The notes beneath the pieces were generated by a model. It did not search any database. It was not told where the DNA came from and worked only from the letters and a program-made list of their open reading frames with translations. From assembly GCA_035438725.1 (NCBI GenBank), contig DAORIW010000002.1, positions 2,882-66,881 of the forward strand: a stretch of DNA of 64,000 nt, written 5' to 3'. Shown piece by piece: positions 47,520 to 57,250 of this stretch (within the stretch, counting starts at the first letter, position 1; every line of letters begins with the position of its first letter). The stretch comes from a bacterium. GTDB taxonomy: Bacteria; Patescibacteriota; Patescibacteriia; Patescibacteriales; Patescibacteriaceae. A program made the translations under genes and the position numbers.

Positions 47520-48440
47520 ATGGATTACGATTTAATTATTATCGGGGCGGGGGCGGCGGGAATGACAGCGGGAATTTATGCTTCCCGTTATCAATTACAG
47601 AATGTCATTATTGGCGACTTAGTGGGGGGTTTAACGACTGAAGCTCATAAGATTTTTAATTGGCCGGGTGATCCAGGGATTTCCGGTTTTGAATTGACTC
47701 AAAAAATGGCAGAGCATGTTAGACAGTCAGAAGGTGAAATTATCTCGGACTTGGTAACGGATATTGAGCAACAAATTGATTCGACCTTTATTGTAAAAAC
47801 CAAGGCCGGAAAAAATTTTACGAGTAAACGAATATTATTTACATCAGGAACTAAACATCGAAAACTGGGAGTTGATCGAGAAGACGAATTATCGGGGCGA
47901 GGTGTAGCTTATTGTGCAACCTGTGATGGGCCATTTTTTAAAGATAGAGTAGTGGCGATGGTGGGAGGAGGTAATAGTGTTATTTCGGCTGCCTTATATT
48001 TAGCTGACGTTGCTTCTCATGTCTATGTTATTTGTCGAGCGCCAATGCTAAAAGGTGAACCGGTGTGGCGAGAGGAACTCATCAAGCGTCCGAATGTCAC
48101 CATACTTTATGAGACTAATATTATCGGACTAGTCGGGCAAGAAAAGTTAGAAGCAATAACGTTGGATAAATCTTTTGAAGAAAAGAGTGAAATAAAATTA
48201 GACGGTCTGTTTATTGAAATTGGTTTATTGCCGCAAACAGAGTTATTTAAAAAATTAGGTGGCGAAACTGACGCGGCCGGATATATTAGGGTTAAACCGG
48301 ATATGTCAACAAATGTGAAAAATGTGTATGCCGCCGGTGATTCAACTGATGCCTCTAATAATTTTCATCAAATTGTAACTGCTTGTAGTGAAGGTGCAGT
48401 CGCTGCTGATGCAATCTATAAATCATTGTCCGTTGCTTAA
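47520..48440 (+). CDS. trxB: Thioredoxin-disulfide reductase
   Basis: DLIIIGAGAAGMTAG FAD motif, redox CATCDG, GGGNSV NADPH motif; start placed at MDYDLIIIG. Confidence 0.9.
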   Translation: MDYDLIIIGAGAAGMTAGIYASRYQLQNVIIGDLVGGLTTEAHKIFNWPGDPGISGFELTQKMAEHVRQSEGEIISDLVTDIEQQIDSTFIVKTKAGKNFTSKRILFTSGTKHRKLGVDREDELSGRGVAYCATCDGPFFKDRVVAMVGGGNSVISAALYLADVASHVYVICRAPMLKGEPVWREELIKRPNVTILYETNIIGLVGQEKLEAITLDKSFEEKSEIKLDGLFIEIGLLPQTELFKKLGGETDAAGYIRVKPDMSTNVKNVYAAGDSTDASNNFHQIVTACSEGAVAADAIYKSLSVA

Positions 48441-48455
48441 TTTATTTCAAATATT

Positions 48456-48490
48456 TAAAAGGCATATGTTGAAGTATGTCTTTTTTAATA
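48456..48490 (+). terminator. Candidate terminator after trxB
   Basis: Stem AAGGCATA / TATGTCTT (one G.U pair), then TTTT. Confidence 0.45.
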
Positions 48491-48587
48491 AAAAAGTGAC
48501 AAGTGCAATTTCACCTGAAGAATGGTATAATTCCTACTGGAAAACCTATTTTAATGATATTATCCTAGTTTACTAATTTTTTTTATT

Positions 48588-49631
48588 ATGACCTTACGTG
48601 ATTTTTTTAAAACTGCTATTGATCGAAATGCTTCTGATCTTTTTTTGGTCTCTCAGGCTGTCCCGTCGCTTAGAGTAAATACACACATTGAACCGATTAA
48701 TCATGAATTATTAACCCATGATTATCTTACGGAAGAAGTTCAAAAAATTATGGCACCTGATCAATGGAAAAAATTTATTGATAGCCGAGAATATGATTTT
48801 TCTTATGAATATTTTGGTAAACGTTTTCGAGTTAACTTGCATTTTCAGCGTGGTCAAATAGCGATTGCTGCTCGTTTAATTTCTAATTTATCACCTAATC
48901 CCGCTTCACTTGGTTTTACCGATGTTATGTACAATATAACACGCTTGCGAGATGGGTTAATTTTAGTAACTGGTCCGTCGGGTAGTGGTAAGTCGACGAG
49001 TCTTGCCGCCATGATTAATATTATTAATCAAGAACGTGACGCGCATATTATAACCATTGAAGACCCGATCGAATATGTTTTTGAAAATGATAAATGTTTA
49101 ATTGAGCAACGTGAGTTAGGGAGTGACACCTTAAGTTTTGCCGATGCTTTAAAATACTCTTTGCGTCAGGATCCCAATATTATTATGGTTGGTGAAATGC
49201 GTGATCCCGAAACTATGGCCGCCGCCTTAACGGCCGCCGAGACCGGCCACTTAGTGCTCTCAACCCTTCACACGGCCTCTACCCCGGATACTATTTTTCG
49301 TATTGTTGACTCCTTTCCTCCATATCAACAACAACAAGTCTTGAATCAATTAGCTGCCTCTCTGCGGGCAGTAATCGGACAGCAATTATTACCAAAAAAG
49401 GGTGGTGGTTTAATTGCGGCTTTTGAAATCATGTTAAATAATCAGGCAACTGCTAATTTAATTCGTCGTAGCCAAGTTGGACAAATTATGTCGATTATTC
49501 AAACAAGTTCGAAAGACGGGATGATTCCAATGAATAAATCAATTGATCAACTTGTTGAACGAAGTTTAGTAGAGCCCTCAACTGCCGAAACTAGAAAACG
49601 TAATCTAGAAACTCAAGCAAGTTATTATTAA
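48588..49631 (+). CDS. pilT: Type IV pilus retraction ATPase PilT
   Basis: GPSGSGKST Walker A, ITIEDPIEY, MVGEMRD, GHLVLSTLHT; extended -10 TGGTATAAT at 48523-48531. Confidence 0.9.
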   Translation: MTLRDFFKTAIDRNASDLFLVSQAVPSLRVNTHIEPINHELLTHDYLTEEVQKIMAPDQWKKFIDSREYDFSYEYFGKRFRVNLHFQRGQIAIAARLISNLSPNPASLGFTDVMYNITRLRDGLILVTGPSGSGKSTSLAAMINIINQERDAHIITIEDPIEYVFENDKCLIEQRELGSDTLSFADALKYSLRQDPNIIMVGEMRDPETMAAALTAAETGHLVLSTLHTASTPDTIFRIVDSFPPYQQQQVLNQLAASLRAVIGQQLLPKKGGGLIAAFEIMLNNQATANLIRRSQVGQIMSIIQTSSKDGMIPMNKSIDQLVERSLVEPSTAETRKRNLETQASYY

Positions 49632-49649
49632 TAGAAGTAAGTATATATT

Positions 49650-49976
49650 ATGAACATTGATCGCTGGCAACAAATTCTTCAAACGGTTCGATCATCATTC
49701 GAAGTTGAAGATGAAGGTACGGAAACAAGTGATGAGCGTGGGGGAACTGAAATAGAATTTATTGTTTTTAATGGTCCTCTCGGACGTCTTCGATTAGAAT
49801 TTGAAACCCATGGCGCCTTAACGGGAACTAAAACTTTTTTTAAAAAAAGAGTGGGGGCCGAGATATCAGTTGAGCAGACGTATAGTCCCACGGAAAAAGT
49901 TCATCATTTTAGTGTCTGGAAATGGGATGAGGCGATGGAAGAATGGAATGAATTTCAATCATCAATGTTTACATAA
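49650..49976 (+). CDS. Hypothetical protein (108 aa)
   Basis: ORF immediately after pilT; no family recognised. Confidence 0.5.
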   Translation: MNIDRWQQILQTVRSSFEVEDEGTETSDERGGTEIEFIVFNGPLGRLRLEFETHGALTGTKTFFKKRVGAEISVEQTYSPTEKVHHFSVWKWDEAMEEWNEFQSSMFT

Positions 49977-49989
49977 AAATACAAAATAT

Positions 49990-52284
49990 ATGAAAAATAA
50001 ATCTTTATTAATAGTTACAATTTTGGCCATCGCGTTAGTTTCCACTGCCTGTGTTAAAAAGCCAGGTAATTCTGATGAAAATAAAACCAGCGATGTTTTT
50101 ACGAAAACTTTGGCGGCCCAGTCACAGATAAAGAAATTTTCTAATGCTAAAGAATTAACAGATTTTTTTGCTAGTCGACCACCGGTTTCTGAAGGAAGGG
50201 GTAGTTCTCCAACACTGAATGCGTCTGATATGATGGCAGTAAAAGAAAGTTCTCCTCAAGCATCACCAGCTGCTCCCAGTGGCATGGGTTTTGGTGGTGA
50301 TAATCAAGGCGAAGTTTTTTCGACGACAAATATTCAAGTTCAAGGCGTGGATGAATCTGATATCGTAAAAACCGATGGAGAATTTATTTATACAGTAAAA
50401 GATCAGAGTATAATGATCATTAAAGCGAAACCAGCTGGAGAAATGAAAATTATTTCTGAGATTGCTTTGAAGGGAACACCTCAAGAGTTGTATATTAAAG
50501 AAAATAAATTGGTTGTTTTTGGGTATAGTAATGGTGCTTATGCAAAAATGGCTGGTAGTATGGCCCCTTTTAGACCATTTTCAAGTTCAACTTTTTTTGC
50601 TGTCTATGATATTACTGATCGTGTTAAACCGACTATGTTAAAGCAGCTTGAGTTTGAGGGAAATTACACCTCTTCTCGTCTGATTGATAACCGTTTATAT
50701 TTTATTACTGCTAATTATAATTACTATCCCTTTGAAGATTCACCCTTACCTCGAGTCTTAGAAAATAATAATGTTATTTCTGATTCTAAAACCACAGAAA
50801 AATATATTTATCCCACCGTTTATTATATTGATACTCCTTCTTCTTTAAATGCTACGACGGTCACCGTTTTTAATCTTGATAGTATTGATGCCCCTCTCAA
50901 TTCACAGGTATTTTTAATGCCGTCCGGAGAAACAGTCTATGCTTCACCACAGGCTTTATATCTTGCGTACACAAAATATCTGAGCGAGTACTTATTACGA
51001 ATGATTGTTGCTCGAGAAATTTTAGGACCGCGTCTTAGCGATCGTGAACGGCAGCGAGTAGAAGCGATTGCTGCTACTGACCCTTTTATTTTGTCAGATG
51101 ACGAGAAGTTACAGAAGATAAACCAAATTATTGAATTATATATCAGTCGACTGTCAGTTGAGCAACAAAAAAATTTAAGTAAAGAAATTGAAGATGAATT
51201 TAATCGTCGTCATCCTGATATCGCTAATGAATTAGAAAAGACAGTCGTTCATAAAATTGCTTTTAGTGGTGACAGTCTTACATATGTCGGTTCGGGAGAG
51301 GTGACCGGTCATTTATTAAATCAATATTCACTTGATGAATATAATGGTAAATTGCGCTTGGCAACAACTCGTGGTCAATCATGGATTACTCCATTTTTAC
51401 CAATGATGCAGGGAGTAGGAGTGATGGAAGATCAGGCGGTTTCAAATATTAGTGCCCCTATTCGAGCCGACAGTTCGAATTCGATAAATAATGTATATGT
51501 CCTCGATGAATCATTAAAAACAATTGGAAAGATAGAAAGCCTAGCTCCCGGTGAACGAATTTATTCCGCTAGATTTATGGGTGGCCGAGCGTATTTTGTC
51601 ACTTTTAAACAGACTGATCCGTTATTTGTAATTGATCTTTCAAATCCTGAAAAACCTGTTGTTCTCGGTCAAATAAAAATTCCTGGTTTTTCAAATTATC
51701 TACATCCGTATGATGAGAATACGCTAATTGGTTTAGGCAAAGATGTAATTGATAAAGGTGATCAGGGAATTGAAGTACTTGGTCTCAAGTTAAGTTTGTT
51801 TGATGTTACTGAACCAACTGAACCAAAAGAATTATCAGCTATTACCTTAGGTGGTCGCGGTAGTGATACGGCCGCCTTATATGATTATAAAGCGTTCTTA
51901 TTTGATAAAGAAAAAAATCTTTTAGTAATACCCGCTGCTCTAACGGCGACGGGCAATATAGATTATCGTCAGGACTTTCAAGGAAGTGTGATTTTTAATG
52001 TTACCGCTAAGTCGATTAAAGAGAGCGGACGAGTAACTTTTCGTTTAGTTAACGAAATGAGTTCTCAAAATAATTATATTGATGACACTGTTCGACGAAA
52101 TATATTTATTGGTGATACATTATATTCTCTGTCGCCGGCGACGATTAAGGCCAGTCAGTTAACTAGTCTTGCGTTGATAAAATCGCTTGATATTCCGACT
52201 CAAGTAGAACCGGAAAACTTAGTTCCGCCAAGTTTGCCTTATGAAAAACCTCAAAGTGCTCCTGCGCCAACTCCTCTCCGCTAA
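49990..52284 (+). CDS. Secreted beta-propeller domain lipoprotein
   Basis: MKNKSLLIVTILAIALVSTAC lipobox; C-terminal ARFMGGRAYFVTFKQTDPLFVIDLSNPEKPVVLGQIKIPGFSNYLHPYDENTLIGLGKD, typical of the secreted beta-propeller domain family. Confidence 0.78.
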   Translation: MKNKSLLIVTILAIALVSTACVKKPGNSDENKTSDVFTKTLAAQSQIKKFSNAKELTDFFASRPPVSEGRGSSPTLNASDMMAVKESSPQASPAAPSGMGFGGDNQGEVFSTTNIQVQGVDESDIVKTDGEFIYTVKDQSIMIIKAKPAGEMKIISEIALKGTPQELYIKENKLVVFGYSNGAYAKMAGSMAPFRPFSSSTFFAVYDITDRVKPTMLKQLEFEGNYTSSRLIDNRLYFITANYNYYPFEDSPLPRVLENNNVISDSKTTEKYIYPTVYYIDTPSSLNATTVTVFNLDSIDAPLNSQVFLMPSGETVYASPQALYLAYTKYLSEYLLRMIVAREILGPRLSDRERQRVEAIAATDPFILSDDEKLQKINQIIELYISRLSVEQQKNLSKEIEDEFNRRHPDIANELEKTVVHKIAFSGDSLTYVGSGEVTGHLLNQYSLDEYNGKLRLATTRGQSWITPFLPMMQGVGVMEDQAVSNISAPIRADSSNSINNVYVLDESLKTIGKIESLAPGERIYSARFMGGRAYFVTFKQTDPLFVIDLSNPEKPVVLGQIKIPGFSNYLHPYDENTLIGLGKDVIDKGDQGIEVLGLKLSLFDVTEPTEPKELSAITLGGRGSDTAALYDYKAFLFDKEKNLLVIPAALTATGNIDYRQDFQGSVIFNVTAKSIKESGRVTFRLVNEMSSQNNYIDDTVRRNIFIGDTLYSLSPATIKASQLTSLALIKSLDIPTQVEPENLVPPSLPYEKPQSAPAPTPLR

Positions 52285-52672
52285 ATATTCCATCCTGTTG
52301 ATTTCGGGGCTTTTGGCTGCTATGGTTATTGTTCCCCTTGTTTTAGTCGTTAATCATCAGGTTTCGCAGTCCGTTAAACCTGAGAATAAAGTGGAAAATA
52401 GAGGAATTACCTCTGATTATAACGCTGAGGCTAAAGCAGCGGTTAGTGATTATCAAGATTTTTTAAAAGGTGAAAAATCAGAAGCTGATATCAAAAACCG
52501 TCGTGATTATTTATTATCATTAAAGATTTCTAAAGAAAATCAAGCACTGCATTTATCATTAGTAATGATAGCTGATAACTTATTAGCTAGTAGAAATGAT
52601 TTAAACGAAAAAAATAGAGTCCAGCGTATGCTTACAACACTAATCACCGATCATCCGATTCTTAGTAATTAA
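52241..52672 (+). CDS. Hypothetical single-TM protein
   Basis: ORF overlapping the previous stop by 44 nt; the start is uncertain. Confidence 0.42.
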   Translation: MKNLKVLLRQLLSAKYSILLISGLLAAMVIVPLVLVVNHQVSQSVKPENKVENRGITSDYNAEAKAAVSDYQDFLKGEKSEADIKNRRDYLLSLKISKENQALHLSLVMIADNLLASRNDLNEKNRVQRMLTTLITDHPILSN

Positions 52673-52675
52673 ATT

Positions 52676-53428
52676 ATGCGGTTTCGTTTTTTTATCCTTC
52701 CATTCATTGTGTTACTAACAGTAGCGGCCGCTATTAGTTGGTTTTATAGACCAACCTATGGTATTTGGATAATGTTTATTTTGTTGATTGGATATTTATG
52801 GTCGGCTTGGTGGCTTGATCCTGAGCGTTCTGATTGGTGGCGTTTTGCTATTACTCCTTGGTTACTTTCACTTGCTTTATTACTGTTTTGTTTACTTGTG
52901 TCGGGCGGTTGGTTAGTCTTTGTATTTATGACACTTTTAGTTCTTCTTCAAGCGGTGTACTGGCGTTATGTTTTGGTCTACACTGATTCGGCTGCCTCGT
53001 ACACGCCTTTCAGCTTAGAACGTTTGTCATTTATTATTAATTTTCTAGTTGTCTTTTTGTTAGCCTCGGCGATGTATGGCTTTAAAACTTTTTTAGATAT
53101 TTCAACATGGATTTTATTACCGATTTTTGGAGTATGTTTAGCAATATTAATTTCTCAGAGATTATGGATCAGTAAGGCCACCGGAGGAGTGGCTTGGAGA
53201 TTAGCCGGCAGTCTTTTTATAGGCACTATACAGATTTTTCTACTTACTTCATTCTTACCACTTGATTTTCGTTTACTTGGATTTTTAGTAGCTGCCGCTT
53301 ATTATGGTTTTATTTCCCTAGGATCAGAAGTTACTGACAACACAGTTAATCGTCGCAATGTGTGGATTCTTATTACAATTTTAACGCTTGCCAGCTTAGC
53401 AGTATTTTTAACTGCTCGTTGGTACTAA
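52676..53428 (+). CDS. Hypothetical multi-pass membrane protein
   Basis: 250-aa hydrophobic ORF. Confidence 0.5.
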   Translation: MRFRFFILPFIVLLTVAAAISWFYRPTYGIWIMFILLIGYLWSAWWLDPERSDWWRFAITPWLLSLALLLFCLLVSGGWLVFVFMTLLVLLQAVYWRYVLVYTDSAASYTPFSLERLSFIINFLVVFLLASAMYGFKTFLDISTWILLPIFGVCLAILISQRLWISKATGGVAWRLAGSLFIGTIQIFLLTSFLPLDFRLLGFLVAAAYYGFISLGSEVTDNTVNRRNVWILITILTLASLAVFLTARWY

Positions 53429-53437
53429 ACTACGACT

Positions 53438-54502
53438 ATGCAATTTTCTCCCCGCTCAAAAAATTGGTTCGTTATTCTGCTTATTATTATTTCAGGACTA
53501 CTAGGTGGTATCTTAGGAAACTGGATATATATGTATGTTTTGGATACGTACTATAATATTCCTCAGGGTAATTATTTGAGTTCATCTCATACTTCCAATA
53601 TTGTTGTTCGTAATCCACAAAAAAATACTTCTCCCGATAATATTTTTGAAGCACTTTCGGTTTCAGAAAATAACTTAGTGGGGATTTTTAAGCGAACTGA
53701 TATCTATCTTCCAGAGAATAAATCTAGCCAAGGATTAGTGTTAACTAGTGATGGCTGGATTGTTATTACCTCTGAAATTGAAACACCTAAAAAAGAAAAT
53801 TGGAAAGATTACGTGGCGATTGCTAATGATAAGAAGGTCTACACTATTGATCAGATTATCTTTGATGCTCATACTGGCTTACATTTCGTGCATTTAGTTA
53901 ATGCTCATAATTTGCCTGTTAAAGATTTTATCAGTAGTCATGATTTGGTGGTCGGTCAAGAAGTACTCGGACTGGAGTGGAGAGGGGTTGCACAGGCGGG
54001 GGAAATTAATAATTCGATTCAATCGATTCACTCGAGTGATCAACCACTGCGTGATTTACCAATAACGGGTTTTCCAAATACTAGTTTAGTAATTTTTGAT
54101 AATGAAGGTCGTATTATTGGTTTTACCCGAGGATCTCAAGCTTTCTCAATGGATTCAATAAATAATATATTTAATAGACTTTTAACCACTGGAAAAATTG
54201 AATATCCACGCTTAGGTGTAACGTATATTAACCTTGATGCGTTACCGGTCGACTCGGGAGAGGGTGCGTTATTAATAGTGAAAGATAAAATACCAGCGGT
54301 TATAATTGGTAGTCCGGCTCAAAAGGCTGGTCTTCAAGCCGGAGATATTATTATTTCATTCGAGAATGAAAATCTGAGTAGTATTAATGACCTAGCAAGT
54401 CTTTTAACTAAACATGCTCCGGGTGATACAGTTACCATAACTATTTTAAGAAAGAAAGAAACTAAGCGTCTTTCAATCACACTTGATAGCTTGGGTTTAT
54501 AG
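53438..54502 (+). CDS. HtrA-like trypsin-fold/PDZ protein lacking the catalytic His and Ser
   Basis: N-terminal TM; C-terminal PDZ (GSPAQKAGLQAGDIIISFENENL); GNSGG is replaced by NTSLVIFDNEG and TNxHV by ITSEIE. Confidence 0.62.
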   Translation: MQFSPRSKNWFVILLIIISGLLGGILGNWIYMYVLDTYYNIPQGNYLSSSHTSNIVVRNPQKNTSPDNIFEALSVSENNLVGIFKRTDIYLPENKSSQGLVLTSDGWIVITSEIETPKKENWKDYVAIANDKKVYTIDQIIFDAHTGLHFVHLVNAHNLPVKDFISSHDLVVGQEVLGLEWRGVAQAGEINNSIQSIHSSDQPLRDLPITGFPNTSLVIFDNEGRIIGFTRGSQAFSMDSINNIFNRLLTTGKIEYPRLGVTYINLDALPVDSGEGALLIVKDKIPAVIIGSPAQKAGLQAGDIIISFENENLSSINDLASLLTKHAPGDTVTITILRKKETKRLSITLDSLGL

Positions 54503-54507
54503 TAATT

Positions 54508-55671
54508 ATGCGTTTACGAACATTACCACTTTTAAGTACCTTACGGGGACAACGTCTCTTACTTCGTCTCGATCTTAATGTACCTTGTAAGGGTTTGCAT
54601 GTTGAGGATGATTATAAAATTATTTCGGCCTTGCCTACTATAAAAAAATTACGGTCATTGCCTTTAATAATTATGTCTCATCGTGGCGAGCCTATTACAA
54701 ATGGGAAAAGATATAATTTCAATAACGCATATTCTTTAGCACCTGTTGTGCAAAGACTGAAAAAATATGCAGGTGGTCGAGTTTTTTTAGCGACTGGTTC
54801 ATGGACTGAAATACAGAAGCAAGCCGCAGCTTTAAAACCAGGAGAAATTATGGTTTTAGAGAATTTAAGATTTTGGTCTGGAGAAATTAAAAATAATATT
54901 GCCTTTGCGCGTGACCTAGCTTCATTAGCCACAGTATATGTTAATGACGCTTTTGCCGTTTCTCATCGACGCCATGCTTCAATTGTGGCGATTACTCGCT
55001 TTTTACCTTCATACGCTGGTCCGTTATTAGAAGCTGAAATTAATCATTTATCAAAAGTTGGAAAGTCGCGATCAATGGTAGTTGTTTTTGGCGGAGCAAA
55101 AATTTCTGATAAATTACCACTTATAAAAAAATTTTTACCACGTGCTAAAGCAATCTTAGTTGGAGGAGGAATTGCCAATGCACTATTAAAAGCACGAGGT
55201 TACGAAGTGGGAACTTCTTTTTATGAAATTAAGAGTCTTGCGGCTGCTAAACGTTTACTTTCTCCAAAAATAATTATTCCGGAAGATGTTATTGTTCAAC
55301 GTGGTCGCCAGGTTCGAACGGTACTGGTAAAAGAAGTACAAAAAAATGAGGCAATTTTTGATATTGGACCAAGAACGAGTCAACTATACAGTAATTATTT
55401 AAGATCAGCTAAAACTATTGTTTGGAATGGCCCCCTCGGTTTATTTGAAAGTCCCGCTTTTACAGAAGGAACTAAAGTAGTCGCCATTGCTATTTCCCAA
55501 GCCACAAAAAAAGGAGCGTTTTCAATTGTCGGCGGCGGTGAAACAGTTGAAGCAGTTAGAAAAATAAAATTAACTCACCCTCTGAGCTGGATTTCGACTG
55601 GTGGCGGAGCAACCCTCCATTTTCTAAGCGGTAAAACCTTACCGGGATTAAACGTCTTGAGACGTTCATAA
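54508..55671 (+). CDS. pgk: Phosphoglycerate kinase
   Basis: RLDLNVP, ENLRF, VNDAFAVSHRRHAS, GGAKISDKL, WNGPLGLFE, STGGGATL. Confidence 0.93.
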   Translation: MRLRTLPLLSTLRGQRLLLRLDLNVPCKGLHVEDDYKIISALPTIKKLRSLPLIIMSHRGEPITNGKRYNFNNAYSLAPVVQRLKKYAGGRVFLATGSWTEIQKQAAALKPGEIMVLENLRFWSGEIKNNIAFARDLASLATVYVNDAFAVSHRRHASIVAITRFLPSYAGPLLEAEINHLSKVGKSRSMVVVFGGAKISDKLPLIKKFLPRAKAILVGGGIANALLKARGYEVGTSFYEIKSLAAAKRLLSPKIIIPEDVIVQRGRQVRTVLVKEVQKNEAIFDIGPRTSQLYSNYLRSAKTIVWNGPLGLFESPAFTEGTKVVAIAISQATKKGAFSIVGGGETVEAVRKIKLTHPLSWISTGGGATLHFLSGKTLPGLNVLRRS

Positions 55672-55672
55672 T

Positions 55673-57241
55673 ATGACAGCTATAAAAAAAACTGTTCGGC
55701 CTAAGCCGGTAGTGCTTATTTCCATAGAAGGATGGGGGATTGCTCCAGCTTATTCAGGCAACGCTATTACCGAAGCTCAACCACCTTATTTTAATCATCT
55801 CATTAGCCATTATCCGGCTCTTTCCCTTAAGCCTCTTCTCTCTTCCGCGAGTGTTGCGGCTGGTAAATCTATTACTAATGAACTCAGTCATCTAACAATC
55901 GCCTTTGGTCAGGAGGTGGCGGATACCTCTTTAGTTATTAATAATCATATTAATTGTGGTGATTTTGAAAATAAATTGCAGTTAGTTTCTGACAAGATAG
56001 TGAGTCGACGTCTTCATATTATTAGTTTAATTTCTAAGAGTAATTCCGAAGCCTCACTTAATTATCTTGATGAAGTGATTCAGTGGCTCGCTCATGTTCC
56101 GCATCAAGAAATATTTTTACATGTAATTCTTGATGGTCGAGACATGTCCTCAAAGGGGGGACAGGCCTTAGTATTAGAAGTAGAGAAAAAATTACTGACT
56201 GTAAATGGAGCTATTGCCACTATCACTGGTCGTCTCTATGCAATGGATTTACATCAACATGAAAGTCGAATCCAGAAAACAATTGCCGCTTTAATAAGCA
56301 GCGAGGGGAACCAAGCTCAATCGAGTAGCGAGGCCTTTGAGGAAAGCTATAAAAAGAAAATTTTTGACGAAGATTTTTCACCAACCATTATTACTAAAAA
56401 TGGCTTACCGATTGCCTCAATTACGTCTGAAGATGTTATTCTTTTTTTAAATTTTAATTCAATTAGCATTCGATCATTAGCGGAGTCTCTTGTAGAAAGT
56501 TTTTCTACGTTACCTCTAGTCTTTAGTTTTGGTGATTATAAGCTTGAAGAAAAAATTCACCCTCTATTTTCTAACTCTGTCTCACCAAAACCATTTACCC
56601 AATTGATTTCTGAAGCAGGTTTCCGACAACTAAGAATTTCCGATAGCGAGGGTTTTGCGGCAGTGACCGCTTTTTTAAATGGTGGAGATGAAAAAAGTTT
56701 TTCTGGTGAAGATCGTCAATTAGTTTCCGTACCTGTGGTTGATAGTTATCATGATACCCCTACTTTTAATAATGAAGAGGTTACAAAAGAAACCGTTAAG
56801 GCAATTGAAGAAAATAAATATGATTTTATTGCTGTAAACTTTTCTAACGTGGATCGAGTGGCACATCAGGGCAATATTTCTGCTGCTCAGGCAGCTATTA
56901 TTTCAATTGATACATCGCTTAATAAAATTATAGCCGCCATATTAGAAACTTCAGGAGTAGCTATTGTTGTCGGCTCTCATGGTTTAGCTGAACAAATGAA
57001 TGAACAGCCAAGTGATCATTTTCTCCCCCATACAACTAATATGGTTCCTTTTATTTTAGCCGGTAAACCGTTTGCTGGTTATAGTTTGGGATTGCCGGAA
57101 GCAATTGGGGGTGATCTGAGTATTTTATCTCCGGCCGGGAGCTTACTTGATATTGCGCCAACAATTTTAAAATTACTTAGATTACCGATTCCTAAGGAAA
57201 TGACTGGAAAAAGTTTTTTTGATGAATTACGCTTAGTCTAA
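55673..57241 (+). CDS. Cofactor-independent phosphoglycerate mutase (iPGM) family protein with non-canonical active-site residues
   Basis: Collinear with iPGM (KPVVLISIEGWG, ILDGRDM, NFSNVDRVAHQG, HTTNMVPFIL, PKEMTGKSF), but several catalytic and substrate-binding positions are substituted (see findings). Confidence 0.75.
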   Translation: MTAIKKTVRPKPVVLISIEGWGIAPAYSGNAITEAQPPYFNHLISHYPALSLKPLLSSASVAAGKSITNELSHLTIAFGQEVADTSLVINNHINCGDFENKLQLVSDKIVSRRLHIISLISKSNSEASLNYLDEVIQWLAHVPHQEIFLHVILDGRDMSSKGGQALVLEVEKKLLTVNGAIATITGRLYAMDLHQHESRIQKTIAALISSEGNQAQSSSEAFEESYKKKIFDEDFSPTIITKNGLPIASITSEDVILFLNFNSISIRSLAESLVESFSTLPLVFSFGDYKLEEKIHPLFSNSVSPKPFTQLISEAGFRQLRISDSEGFAAVTAFLNGGDEKSFSGEDRQLVSVPVVDSYHDTPTFNNEEVTKETVKAIEENKYDFIAVNFSNVDRVAHQGNISAAQAAIISIDTSLNKIIAAILETSGVAIVVGSHGLAEQMNEQPSDHFLPHTTNMVPFILAGKPFAGYSLGLPEAIGGDLSILSPAGSLLDIAPTILKLLRLPIPKEMTGKSFFDELRLV

Positions 57242-57250
57242 TCTGTATAT

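Noticed and set aside
49870-49989. Upstream extension of the beta-propeller lipoprotein ORF, overlapping the 108-aa gene
   Set aside because: The lipoprotein signal peptide begins at Met 49990. The extension has no signal and overlaps the preceding ORF in another frame.
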